This document shows, piece by piece, positions 38,701 to 49,200 of a stretch of DNA of 64,000 bases (positions are counted from its first letter, which is position 1; each line of letters starts with the position of its first letter). The DNA comes from a virus. A program made the translations under genes and the position numbers. The notes beneath the pieces were generated by a model that saw nothing but the letters and a program-made list of their open reading frames with translations, was not told the origin of the DNA and made no database searches. The stretch is from IMG/VR virus record IMGVR_UViG_3300021378_000004, one strand, 5' to 3'.

Positions 38701-41580
38701 AGACTTAAGCCTGATGGCACTAAAATATTTGTATTGGATACTGGCACTGATGCCGTTTATTCATATAGTATGTCAAGCGCTTATGATTTATCAACATTAG
38801 TATATGACAACCAATCTCTAAATGTAAATTCACAAGAGACAGTACCGAATGGTATGGCAGTTTCAACTGATGGATCAAAATTATTTATTGTTGGTCAAAC
38901 GGCTGATAAGGTTTTTCAGTATACTTTACGTGCTGGATGGAATTTATCTACTGCATCATATTTAGGCACAAGTTACAGTGTTAGCAGTTACGAAATAGTT
39001 CCGCATGGCATAGAATTTCACCCCGATGGAACTAAAATGTATGTATGTGGAAGAGGCAGCGATAAAATACACGAATGGGATGTTACAAGTCCAGTGTGGG
39101 GTCAACAACAAAAAATACAAGCGTCCGGACTCTCCAGTAGTAATAATTATGGTTGGTCTGTAACTATGGATCAAGATGGTAATACAGCCGCAGTAGGTGC
39201 TAGAAGAGTTCAGACTAATAGTACATCGTATGGACGTGCTTATATATATACAAGATCTGGAAGTTCATGGTTAGAAGAACAATCTGTTATTCATTCAGAT
39301 TATAGCACTGCCGGTACAAATGCTTATTTTGGCTATGATCTAGATATTGATCATACTGGAAACCTTCTAGTTGTTGGAGCTCCAGCTGCTAAAGCAGGTA
39401 GTACAGCTACGGCAGGAGCAACATATCTTTTTGAAAGAAAAGGAACGCAGTGGAAAGAATTGAAAAAATATATTGCATCTAATCCAACTGGTGGAGATGA
39501 TTTTGGAGAAGCAGTAGCTATGGGCAACGACGGACTGGCTTTTATAGCTGGTGCTAATCATGAAGATACTAATTTAAATAACTCTGGTGCTTCATACTTA
39601 TTTGTGCATCCAAGCCAAGCTTTAGAATTAGCGGAGTGGTCACAAAGTTACAAAGTTATTCCTTCATCTACTAGTTATTCAAATGCTTTTACTCAATGTG
39701 ATATAAATGCAGCTGGTAATATAGCTATTACTGGATCTCACTATGATGCTCCAGGCGGCACGACTGAAGCAGGTACTGCTTATATTTACTCAATGGATAG
39801 CGCTGACGGTATTTGGAAAAACTCTCTAGAAATAAATGCATTAGATAAACAAGCAAATGATCATTTTGGACATGCTACAGTAATTAGTGGTTCAGGCGAT
39901 GTTGCGGCTGTTGCGGCTTCTCAAGAAGATAGCGGTGGTTCTAATGCTGGAGCGGTGTATGTATATAATGCCGATAATAATTATGTAATGCATACTGGAG
40001 TATCTAGTGAATACACTAATTATTCTAGCACTGGAAATGGAAGATATCAAGGGATTAAGAGTTTGTCTGCAGCTCCATTGTATGCAACTACACCTAATGG
40101 TCTGGATTTACATCCAGACGGGTATAAATTTTTTGTAACTACAACATCCGGTCAATCTAGAGTACACATGTGGACAATGTCTAAGGCATGGGATATGCAA
40201 ACTGCATCATGGAATAATTCTTTCGATGATGTAGACAATCAGGCAAGTGCGATAACAGGCGTAAAATTTAGTCCTGATGGAACAAAAATGTTTATAACAA
40301 ATAATACTGCATCTGCTGGAGGGTCTGAAGCTGCAGTTTTTCAATACGCATTAGCAATAGCATACGATTTAACTACTGCATCATATACTGGTAAGTCTCT
40401 TACAATTGGAAGCTCATCTAAAGCAGAAGATGTACAATTTAATAATGATGGAACTAAAATGTTTGTTTTAGATGACGATAATAGTGATCCAACACCAAAT
40501 AATGCAGTAAGAGAATATACGTTATCAACAGCATACGATATAAGCACAGCAACATTTGTAGACCTTTTTGAAGTAAACACTCAAGATAATATTCCTGGAG
40601 GATTAACTTTTCATCCAGACGGAAAAAGAATGTATGTTTCTGGCAGTAATACTCATAAAGTATTTCAATATAACTTAACTACTGCATTTGATGTATCAAC
40701 AGCTTCTTATGCTAATGCGTCGTTCAATACTGCATACTCAATAAATACATCAAACAACAACAAAATTCGTGGTCATAGATGGAGACCCGATGGATCTCAA
40801 CTATTTGTAACAAACGACGTTAACACTAATATTCTTACTTATTACACAGGTGGTTTAGCATACACTGAAGTTAAAAAGTTAGTTCAAACTGGAAGCGCTA
40901 CGATGGGTAAAGACGCGGCATTGGCTATATCTAATGATGGCGGTTCTATATTTGCTGGCTCCTATCAAGAAACAATAAACGGTGTAAGTGGAAAAGGCGC
41001 TGTTTATGTATTTACAGGTTCTGGGTCAAGTTGGACTATGACACAAAAATTAGAAGCAAGCGATGGTGTAGAAAACACAAATTTTGGAACTTCAATTGCA
41101 ATAGATGGAGATAATCTAATAATAGGCGCGCATGGAGATGACAAAATTGGTGATAGCAGTATTAATTGTGGATCTGCGTATCTCTTTACAAAAGGCGCTG
41201 ATGGCGTATGGACTGAAAGAAAGAAAATACAGCATTCAGATGCTGATGGTACTAATCGATTTGGTAGCACTAACGGTGTAGCCATTAAAGGAACTGATGT
41301 TGGAGTAGGAGCATCGAATATGGCAAGTTCAAAAGGAAGAGCATATGTCTTTACCACTTCAGGTATAGCTGGTGCTTTTGATGCTAGTCACCATTCTGAA
41401 GAAATTTTACTTATGCACGATGGTACAAACGTTGGTTTAACAAGTTATGGTAAGCTATTATTAAACGACAATCTTGGAACGTTTAATGGAGATATTGTTG
41501 GAAATAACGCACAACTTAAATTGTCTCCTACTAGAGCAACAACTACAGTAAAATTAAGTGCAATAAGAAATAAGATATAA
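35701..41580 (+). CDS. Giant fibre/adhesin with nested FG-GAP and NHL/YVTN-like propellers
   Basis: MAINFPNSP N-terminus; FG-GAP blades; three blocks of F.PDGTK.FV..YxLSTAYDISTASY repeats; C-terminal HSEEILLMHDG. Confidence 0.8.
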   Translation: MAINFPNSPTNNQSFTSGGKTYTYNSTKTAWTVNQTLGYDSATVINLIDSDYVQARTAAGTDSAATISLIGTTADSAYVQTRQIKYTNNDFADSAFVTTQINSVIDAAPGALDTLNELAAALGDDANFSTTITNQIAGKLDSATTIALIDSSYVQARVTASGIDSAATIALIDSSYVQARETAQVIQIDSSLTTGDSSQIIDQFPIGTHRTTKYIAQLSSSEVIGYTNWPGMTQQQIILGNETGITDNMGSGDEFGRGMAIGTNQLLVGSTRNDYSTDNSGVVVYYTRDSANGTWSYTDFVQPSSPASSDFFGQSIAPDSNFDTIAVTGHTEGLYIMDRAPNDWRGGVQKGFFKANSSALNDDEFGKAVSISANGNYLASGAQSRDTGGSNRGEVFIHYKDSSTWSFQAAIQSDDIANGDKFGNCVALNDAGDTLVVGAWFKGGGSSGIGAPGAAYIFTRSATTSVGSISNASYVHKSPQTWQAGMSGDANANQPHTLAFKPDGTKAYIADANTDLIYQYSLSTPYEVTDASMSYDSISFNIRTSMGSTPLPASMKFKPDGTKLFVLNESNDTVYEYNLSTAYDLSTISYNNVNIAIGSVEGFPEGIFFKPDGTIMYVVGVQNDSVRMMDLSTAWDISTATYNSSNNFYVGNQDGEPMEVIFDSSGTKMYMVGQVNKAIYTYTLSTAWDVTSASYDNMYYSMATGTDVGGAQKSIALSEDADENKLFVVGIFRDEVFRIDLPLVFTWSQQAKLTPSDHPGNNDVWYFGNGCDISNDGNSVIIGAPYAKVGSNQTQGAAYIFNRSGTTWSQYAKLVANDGAANDAFSGDVNGTGTSHAVAISGDGGYAIVGAPYDDDTASDAGTAYIFAKTGSNYNLVNPTYTGNENISNPFTNSTDLAFNADGTKVYVCDYILNIVGQYSLSTPYLISSATYDSVSLNVNSYEEDIKALAFSTDGTKLFVAGAASNKIIRYNLSTAFDLSTASYHSQISVSSQNTGIGSIRLKPDGTKIFVLDTGTDAVYSYSMSSAYDLSTLVYDNQSLNVNSQETVPNGMAVSTDGSKLFIVGQTADKVFQYTLRAGWNLSTASYLGTSYSVSSYEIVPHGIEFHPDGTKMYVCGRGSDKIHEWDVTSPVWGQQQKIQASGLSSSNNYGWSVTMDQDGNTAAVGARRVQTNSTSYGRAYIYTRSGSSWLEEQSVIHSDYSTAGTNAYFGYDLDIDHTGNLLVVGAPAAKAGSTATAGATYLFERKGTQWKELKKYIASNPTGGDDFGEAVAMGNDGLAFIAGANHEDTNLNNSGASYLFVHPSQALELAEWSQSYKVIPSSTSYSNAFTQCDINAAGNIAITGSHYDAPGGTTEAGTAYIYSMDSADGIWKNSLEINALDKQANDHFGHATVISGSGDVAAVAASQEDSGGSNAGAVYVYNADNNYVMHTGVSSEYTNYSSTGNGRYQGIKSLSAAPLYATTPNGLDLHPDGYKFFVTTTSGQSRVHMWTMSKAWDMQTASWNNSFDDVDNQASAITGVKFSPDGTKMFITNNTASAGGSEAAVFQYALAIAYDLTTASYTGKSLTIGSSSKAEDVQFNNDGTKMFVLDDDNSDPTPNNAVREYTLSTAYDISTATFVDLFEVNTQDNIPGGLTFHPDGKRMYVSGSNTHKVFQYNLTTAFDVSTASYANASFNTAYSINTSNNNKIRGHRWRPDGSQLFVTNDVNTNILTYYTGGLAYTEVKKLVQTGSATMGKDAALAISNDGGSIFAGSYQETINGVSGKGAVYVFTGSGSSWTMTQKLEASDGVENTNFGTSIAIDGDNLIIGAHGDDKIGDSSINCGSAYLFTKGADGVWTERKKIQHSDADGTNRFGSTNGVAIKGTDVGVGASNMASSKGRAYVFTTSGIAGAFDASHHSEEILLMHDGTNVGLTSYGKLLLNDNLGTFNGDIVGNNAQLKLSPTRATTTVKLSAIRNKI

Positions 41581-41583
41581 ATA
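41576..41583 (+). promoter_or_regulatory. T4-type late promoter
   Basis: TATAAATA overlapping the upstream stop codon. Confidence 0.7.
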
Positions 41584-41617
41584 AGAATGAGAATCTTTTT
41601 AAGGAAAGCTAACACCA

Positions 41618-44600
41618 ATGGATAATTTAAAAAACTTTGTAGTAAATAAGGGCCTTGAAGTTGCCGATTCTATTAACACTGGGTTCATTACACTCAATGG
41701 TAAATCAGTTTCAGGTTTAGTAGATTCTTCTAATGTATTAGGTTTAATTGACTCAGCTTATGTACAAGCAAGATCGCCGGCAAGTGGAAATGATTCAGCC
41801 ACTACCATTGCTTTAATTGACTCAGCTTATGTACAAGCAAGACAAACTAAATATACAAATGCAGACTTTACTGATTCAGCCTTTGTCACAACTCAGATTA
41901 ATAGTGTAATCGATGCTGCACCAGGAGCTCTAGATACATTAAATGAATTAGCAGCTGCACTTGGAGATGATGCAAACTTTAGCACAACTATTACTAATCA
42001 AATTGCAGCTAAACTAGATTCTGCTCAAGCTATTGCTATTGTCGATTCATCTTATGTTCAAGCAAGAGTGACAGCAAGTAGTGGTAACGATTCAGCAACA
42101 ACAATTGCCTTAGTTGATTCGTCTTATGTACAAGCAAGACAAATTACTCCTGTCTCGGCGTTTAACACTATAACAGTTGCTACTCAAAATGATGTTGTAT
42201 CTGATACAACAGCTATAAGTTATGAAAATACAGCACAGCAAGCTATACTTCAAGCAAGTAACAGAGGCCAAGATTATTTTGGACAGAGAGTAGCTATTGA
42301 CAATGGATACGCAATAGTAAATGCAGACAATGAAGATACTGGAGGAAGTAATGCTGGAAGTGTTTACGTTTATGTGAGATCTGGCACAACTTGGTCTCAG
42401 CAACAGCAAATAACATCGCCAATATCTCCACCAGACAACCATTATTTTGGAACTGATCTTGATATAGAAGGATCAAGAATTGTAATAGGAACTAAATACG
42501 ATGATACAGATTATAACCACGGTGGAGGCGTGCATGTTTATACTAGATCAGGTACAACTTGGTCTTTAGAACAAAGATTAGCTAGTTCTGATATTGCTGC
42601 CAACGATTGGTTTGGTGATAGAGTGGCTATAAGTGGAAATTATATAGTTGCATCAGCCCATAAGAAAAATTCATCTGAAGGTGCAGTTTACGTATTTAAA
42701 GGTGCTACTTCAACGACATTACAAGGGGCATCGTACGACAGTGTTCAATCTGTATCTTTAAATGCTATTGAAACACAACCAAGAAGTATGTTATTTAATT
42801 CTGATGGAACAAAAGTATATATTGTAGGAATGTCTTCAGATGCAATTAAACAATATAGTTTAGCAACTCCATATGATATTTCAACTAATTTCTTATCAAA
42901 TGCAAGTTCAAGTTACTCATTAACAATTTCTGGTCAAAATAATATGGGTATTTATGCAATGAGATGGAATAATGATGGTACAAAAGTATATGTTCTTTGT
43001 AATAATAACATGAAAATATACCAGCATGATTTAACTACTGCATATGATATAAGTACTGCTTCTTATAGTAACAAAAATTTTAGTACTACAACACAAGAAA
43101 ACAATTACGCAGGTTTTACTTTTAATAATGATGGTACATCAATGTATTTGTGTGGAGCTCAAAACAATAAAGTTTTTCAATATACTTTATCAACTGCATA
43201 TGATATAAGTACTGCTTCATATGCTAGTAAATCATTTACCCCTTCAGGATCGCATGGTGGCACAACAGCTATTCAATTTGATGAAAGTGGAAAAAAATTA
43301 TTCATTTTAGGTAACTCATTACGACAACACGATTTGACTACTGCATTTGACGTAAGTTCTAGTATTTCAGTTTCGTATGCAATAAACATACTTACTAATG
43401 CTACTCAAGCTGGCGATTTTACATTCAATGCAGACATGAGTAAACTGTATGCTGTAGAACCAGGTGCTGACAAAATATTTCAATTTTCAACTAGTGGTGC
43501 TTCGACTGTTTGGGTTCAACAAGCTAAACTATTAGCAAGCGATAACACTACTGGCGATAAGTTTGGCTTTGACGTTGCAATAGATGGCGATACTATTGCT
43601 ATAGGCGCTGCAGTTGCGGATACTGGAGGAAAAGTCTATGCATTTACAAGATCCGGAACAACTTGGTCGCAACAGGCAGCATTTACATCGTCTGATATTA
43701 GTAGTGAAGATGAGTTTGGTGGTAGTGTATCTATAAGCGGTGATACAATATTAGTAGGAGCTTATTCAGCAGGCGGTACTTCAAGTGCACCCCACGGAGC
43801 TGCTTATGTATTCACAAGATCTGGATCAACTTGGTCTCAACAAGCTAAAATACAGCCAAGTGATACTCCAAATCCTTCTAGTGCTACGATAGCGTTTGCT
43901 TATAGACAACTAGCAATTGAAAATGACATTGCAATAATAGGCCATAGTACTGCAACTCTTGATGGTACTGCTAATGTTGGTGCAGCGTATCTTTTTAAAA
44001 GATCAGGAACAACTTGGACACAGGTAAATAAATTTGGTGCATCTGATGCCACAGCTTCTGATGGATTTGGTCATGGAGTTGATATAGACGGAAGAGATAT
44101 TATTGTAGGTGCTCCAAGTGAAAATAGTGGTAAAGGACAAGCTTATACGTTTGTAGTACCAGATGCAGCAATATACTCAGATACTCTTACACTAGCAGGC
44201 GGTTCTGGAATAACTCTTACGAGTAATGCTACAACTGATACAGTTACAATTGCTGCAGCAGCAGCAGGTAATGATTCAGCAACAACAATTGCTCTTATTG
44301 ACTCATCTTATGTACAAGCAAGACAAATTACGCCAATTTCATCTTTTAATACTATATCAGTTTCTAGTCAAACAAATGTTGTAGCAGACCCAACAGTTAC
44401 AAATTTTGCCACCACTACACAAGCTCAAAAATTAACAGCATCAGATGCTGCCAGTAGTGATTTTTTTGGTAACGTAGTTGATATAGACGGTGATTATGCA
44501 GTAGCAGGAGCCAGAGGCAACAAAGCAGTTTATGTATATTACTATAACGGAACAACATGGTCAGAACAACAAAAAATACAACAAACAGCATTTGGATCTA

Positions 44601-45973
44601 ATTTTGGTCATGCAGTATCAGTAGTTGGTGATACATTATTAGTAGGTTCAAATAATACTGATGGATCAAATGCGGATGGAACAAAAGCATATGTGTATAC
44701 ACGATCAGGTACAACGTGGTCTTTACAACAAAAAGTAGATCCATCTCAAGCACTTGAAAATGATTATTTTGGTTATCAAAAAACATTGAAGTTAGATAAT
44801 ACTGATAATAACCAATTTATTGCAGGATCTTACGGTGAAGATGAAACAAATAGTAATGAAGGTGCTGTTTACATTTTTAACAGATCAGGCACTACTTGGT
44901 CAGAAACACAAAGAATAGTTCCTTCAGATAAGGCATCGAACTCTAATTTTGGTGTAAGTGTTGATATAGCAGGCGACTATGCTATTTTTGGCGGGAATAA
45001 CGCCGTTTATGTTTACTACAAATCAGGTGGCACTTGGTCTCAGCAACAAAAAATTGCAAATCCTTATGAAGCCGGAAATGGACATTCAGGTCCTACCAAT
45101 GCTGTTAATTTTGGAACAGATGGTGAAATAAGTATAAACGCAGCAGGAGACACTATAGCTGTAGGTGCAAGAGGACAATCCAATCTACCTGGATACGTAT
45201 TTGTTTTTACAAGATCTGGCACTACATGGACGCTTCAACAAGCATTAAGATCTTCTAATACTGCTAATGAAGACTTTTTTGGATGGAGTGTGAGCTTAGA
45301 TGGTACAGGTAATTCTTTAACAGTAGGAGCGAAAACAACAAGCACTGGCGGTAAAGCATATATTTTCACAAGAACCGGGACAACGTGGACAGAAGTAAAA
45401 GACTTTACAGCTTCAGACGTAGCAGCCAATTGGGAATTCGGTGAAGGTATAGGAATAAGTAGAAGCAATGATAAAATAATAGTAGGTGCAAGGCAAAACA
45501 GTTCAAGCACCAGTGGTACAGGCGCAGTTTATATATTTAATCCAGGAAGTACAGCAACATACTCAGATACTCTTACACTTGAAGCTGGTACAGGAATAAC
45601 TCTTACAACTGCTGCAGGTACTGATACAGTTACAATTACTGGATCTGCTGCAGACGAGCTTATTTCAATTGACTCTGATTTAACTTCAACTGATTCTGAT
45701 CAAGTTATACATAGCTTTAGTAAAACTAGTTTTAGAACAATGAAATATATAGCACAGCTTAAACACGCAGGTGATAATGCATATCATTCAGAAGAAATAT
45801 TGTTAACGCATAACGGAACAAATGTAGTAATAACAAGCTATGCGAAATTACTTTTAGATTCTGACCTTGGAGAATTTGATGCAGCAATAAACGGAAGTAA
45901 TGTAGAACTTAGATTAACTCCAACAAAAACAAATACAAATGTAAAGCTAAAAGCAATTAGTACTACAGTATAA
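41618..45973 (+). CDS. Fibre/adhesin with two FG-GAP propellers and one NHL-like propeller
   Basis: NFVVNKGLEV N-terminus; DAAPGALDTLNELAAAL; propeller repeats; C-terminal RTMKYIAQ..HSEEILLTHNG domain. Confidence 0.8.
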   Translation: MDNLKNFVVNKGLEVADSINTGFITLNGKSVSGLVDSSNVLGLIDSAYVQARSPASGNDSATTIALIDSAYVQARQTKYTNADFTDSAFVTTQINSVIDAAPGALDTLNELAAALGDDANFSTTITNQIAAKLDSAQAIAIVDSSYVQARVTASSGNDSATTIALVDSSYVQARQITPVSAFNTITVATQNDVVSDTTAISYENTAQQAILQASNRGQDYFGQRVAIDNGYAIVNADNEDTGGSNAGSVYVYVRSGTTWSQQQQITSPISPPDNHYFGTDLDIEGSRIVIGTKYDDTDYNHGGGVHVYTRSGTTWSLEQRLASSDIAANDWFGDRVAISGNYIVASAHKKNSSEGAVYVFKGATSTTLQGASYDSVQSVSLNAIETQPRSMLFNSDGTKVYIVGMSSDAIKQYSLATPYDISTNFLSNASSSYSLTISGQNNMGIYAMRWNNDGTKVYVLCNNNMKIYQHDLTTAYDISTASYSNKNFSTTTQENNYAGFTFNNDGTSMYLCGAQNNKVFQYTLSTAYDISTASYASKSFTPSGSHGGTTAIQFDESGKKLFILGNSLRQHDLTTAFDVSSSISVSYAINILTNATQAGDFTFNADMSKLYAVEPGADKIFQFSTSGASTVWVQQAKLLASDNTTGDKFGFDVAIDGDTIAIGAAVADTGGKVYAFTRSGTTWSQQAAFTSSDISSEDEFGGSVSISGDTILVGAYSAGGTSSAPHGAAYVFTRSGSTWSQQAKIQPSDTPNPSSATIAFAYRQLAIENDIAIIGHSTATLDGTANVGAAYLFKRSGTTWTQVNKFGASDATASDGFGHGVDIDGRDIIVGAPSENSGKGQAYTFVVPDAAIYSDTLTLAGGSGITLTSNATTDTVTIAAAAAGNDSATTIALIDSSYVQARQITPISSFNTISVSSQTNVVADPTVTNFATTTQAQKLTASDAASSDFFGNVVDIDGDYAVAGARGNKAVYVYYYNGTTWSEQQKIQQTAFGSNFGHAVSVVGDTLLVGSNNTDGSNADGTKAYVYTRSGTTWSLQQKVDPSQALENDYFGYQKTLKLDNTDNNQFIAGSYGEDETNSNEGAVYIFNRSGTTWSETQRIVPSDKASNSNFGVSVDIAGDYAIFGGNNAVYVYYKSGGTWSQQQKIANPYEAGNGHSGPTNAVNFGTDGEISINAAGDTIAVGARGQSNLPGYVFVFTRSGTTWTLQQALRSSNTANEDFFGWSVSLDGTGNSLTVGAKTTSTGGKAYIFTRTGTTWTEVKDFTASDVAANWEFGEGIGISRSNDKIIVGARQNSSSTSGTGAVYIFNPGSTATYSDTLTLEAGTGITLTTAAGTDTVTITGSAADELISIDSDLTSTDSDQVIHSFSKTSFRTMKYIAQLKHAGDNAYHSEEILLTHNGTNVVITSYAKLLLDSDLGEFDAAINGSNVELRLTPTKTNTNVKLKAISTTV

Positions 45974-45976
45974 ATA
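45969..45976 (+). promoter_or_regulatory. T4-type late promoter
   Basis: TATAAATA overlapping the upstream stop codon. Confidence 0.65.
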
Positions 45977-46012
45977 ATAAAATAAATAAAATTAAAACAG
46001 GAGCCGTTTATA

Positions 46013-46237
46013 ATGGAAAAAGAAGACAACTCAAATGCAGTAATAATCGACGATAAAGAATATAAAATTGAAGATTTCACTGAGGAGCAAACCTATCAAG
46101 TAAGGCAGATTAGAGATTTACAAACTAAATCTAATAATCTTCGTTTTCAAATTGATCAATTGCAAACAGCTGAAAAAGCATTTTCAAGTGCACTTGTATC
46201 ATCTTTAACAAATGAAGAAATTAAAAAAGATAAATAA
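46013..46237 (+). CDS. Small acidic coiled-coil protein (possible fibre chaperone)
   Basis: IDDKEYKIEDFTEEQ..LRFQIDQLQTA; AGGAG RBS. Confidence 0.65.
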   Translation: MEKEDNSNAVIIDDKEYKIEDFTEEQTYQVRQIRDLQTKSNNLRFQIDQLQTAEKAFSSALVSSLTNEEIKKDK

Positions 46238-46240
46238 AAC

Positions 46241-46248
46241 TATAAATA
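46241..46248 (+). promoter_or_regulatory. T4-type late promoter
   Basis: Exact intergenic TATAAATA. Confidence 0.78.
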
Positions 46249-46275
46249 GTATAAACTCTTGGGGAAAGTGAACCA

Positions 46276-49200
46276 ATGTCAAATTTAAAAAATTTTGTAG
46301 TAAGAAAAGGTCTTGAAGTTGCTGAATCTATTAAACTTAATAACAAAACAGTTACAACTTTACTTGATTCTGCTAATACATTAAGTCTAGTTACGGCAAA
46401 CAGTACTACAGCATCAGCAGTTCAATCTTTAATTGACTCAAGTTATGTTTCTGCACGTTCTCCATCACCAACAACTGTTGTAGCTACTATGGCAGCCTTA
46501 GGCGCAGTTACAGGAATGGTAGCTGGTGATCAAGCATTAGTTACTGGTGTTAATAAAATATTTATGTATAATGGAACTGGGTGGTATCTTGTTGCAACAA
46601 TTACAAATGCAGCGCCATCTGCGATAACTGGTGTTGATAGTGCTTATACATTAGCTCAAAATGGAACAGCAACTGTTATCAATGCAATTGCAACTGACCC
46701 AGAAGGTTTACCTCTTTCGTGGAGTTCATCGACTAGTGGTCTTGGCGATATTGCTACAATCACTCAAGGAACTGGAGATTCATCTAATTACTTTACTGTA
46801 ACACCTGCTACTTCTGGTAGCAGTAGCGGTGGTACATTTACTCTTACAATAGCAGCAACAGACAATGTCAATGGCGCTGTAAATTTTCCTGCTTCTTTTA
46901 CATTGACATTTATTGCTGATTGGACGACAACTGCTCAACAATCAATGTTAACTGCAACTGATGCGGGGTCGAATGATTTTAATGGTATTTCTGTAGATAT
47001 CAAAGGTGATCGGGCAATTACAGGTGCCAGAGGAGAAAAAGCAGCTTATGTCTGGAAAAGAAGTGCAACAGCATTATTAAGTTCTATCGCGCTCACCACT
47101 TATAGTAATGTTCAATCTGATGCTTTGTATTCGGATTTGGGTTCCCATGTATATCCGGAGTTAACTGGATTTATATTTAATGCTGATGGAACAAAAATTA
47201 TTACAATTAATAAATATTATGACAAATTAGATCAATGGAGTTGTTCTACAGCATATGATATCACTTCTTCTTCTTTATCACATGATAGTGTTTCATTCAG
47301 TGTAGCAAGTCAAGCAAGTCATGCAGAGTGTTTAAGAACAAATAATGACGGAACTAAATTATTTGTTGTATGTAGTGTTACTGATAAAATTTATGAATAT
47401 GATTTAAGCACTGCATATGATATAAGTACAGCTTCGTACAATAACGTTAATTTTGCAGTTACTCAAGATAATAATCCAAGAGGAATATTTTTTAAACCAG
47501 ATGGACAAACTATGTATCTTGCTGCTGGTAGCACTCATGACAAGATTTGGCAATTCTCATTAAGTACTGCGTGGGATCTTTCAACTATATCATATGCTAA
47601 TAAAGTATCTCCTACTGTATATGCTCAAACTGGTAGTTGGCCTCAAGATGTTGTTTTTCTCAATGATGGCGCAACAATGGTTATTATAGGACAAAGTAAT
47701 GATGCGTTATATCAATATAACTTAACAACTGCGTGGGATGTAAGTACTGCATCATACGCTAATGCTTCCTTTAGTGTTTCAAGTCAAGATGGTACACCAA
47801 ATGGATTAACGCTGCATCCTGCTGATTCTACTAAACTATTTCTTATTGGTCATAATAATGGTAAAATAACCCAATATAATCTAGATGCTTCTGTTTGGGC
47901 TCAAGAAGCTAAAATAGATGGATCTTCCGGTGGTAATAATGCAGGCATTTCAGTCGCAATGAGCACTGATAATAACTATGTTATACTAGGATCTCCATCC
48001 TATGGTGGATCGAGCAAAGGTGCGGGAATTGTGTATGTAAGATCTGGCACATCATGGACATATCAGGCTGCATTAGTTCCTTCAGATGTAGCTGCTAATG
48101 ATGAAGCTGGATTGTCTGTAAGTATAAGTAGTGATGGTACATATGCAACTGTTGGTGCTCAAGCTGAGGATTCTTATAAAGGTGCAGCATATGTTTTTAT
48201 AAGATCTGGTACGTCATGGTCACAACAACAAAAAATTACAGAACCAACTAGAGAAGCTAGCGCTTCATTTGGAGCTGCAGCTAAATTAAACGATGCTGGC
48301 GACGTTTTATTGTGTAGTAGTCCGTTGAGCGATGAAGCAGTGGGAAATGCTGGAGCTGCATTTATTTTTACAAGATCTGGAACAACATGGTCGTATTCGA
48401 CATATGCGGCAGCATCAGATGCAGGTGGAAGTGATTATGCCGGAGGTACCGGTTCAGGCGCTAATCAGCAAAATGCTTCAGACATTAACGAAGATGGAGA
48501 TTTAATAGTAGTTGGAGCATATGGTCACAATACTGGAGGTGTTGGTAATTCAGGAGCCGCTTACATTTTTAAAAAAGGTTCAACTCATTATGATATAGCT
48601 GGAGCTACATTTACTGCAGCTGAGTATGTACACGCTAACTTCACTAATTGTACTGCAATAACATTTAATGGAGATGGAACAAAAATATTTGCGGCTGGTG
48701 GTGGTTATGATAGAATAGCCAGTTATACCTTAACTACTGCATATGATATATCAACTGCATCATACGACAGTAATCCGTTAGTTACTAGTAGTTATGAAGG
48801 TAATCCAAATGGGTTGCAATTTAACGCAGATGGAACAAAATTATTTTTCTGTGGATCTGCTGCAAATAGAATTTTTGTATATAATTTAACTACTGGATAT
48901 GATTTATCTACTGCATCAATAGGTAATAGTGGTAATGGTGTTTCATTCGCGTCACAAGATAATAATACTAGAGATATGAAATTTAAACCTGATGGAACAG
49001 TATTGTACGTGGTGGGTCAGCAATACGATAAAGTTTATCAATATTCTTTATCTACTGCATTTGATATAACAACTATATCATATGCTAGTAAATCTTTTTC
49101 TGTTACTTCACAAGAGAGTACCCCAGAAGGAATTGACTTTACACCCGATGGAACGAAAATGTTTATTATTGGTGAGCAATATAATGATGTTTTTCAATAT

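Noticed and set aside
41578-41620. Stop-codon read-through or frameshift fusing consecutive fibre genes
   Set aside because: ORFs 35701 and 41618 are in different frames, and the gap contains a late promoter and an RBS-like motif. Separate translation is simpler.
33647-45653. Possible diversity-generating retroelement template/variable repeat pair
   Set aside because: The copies are identical rather than differing at adenines, they encode linker regions, and no reverse transcriptase is in the window.
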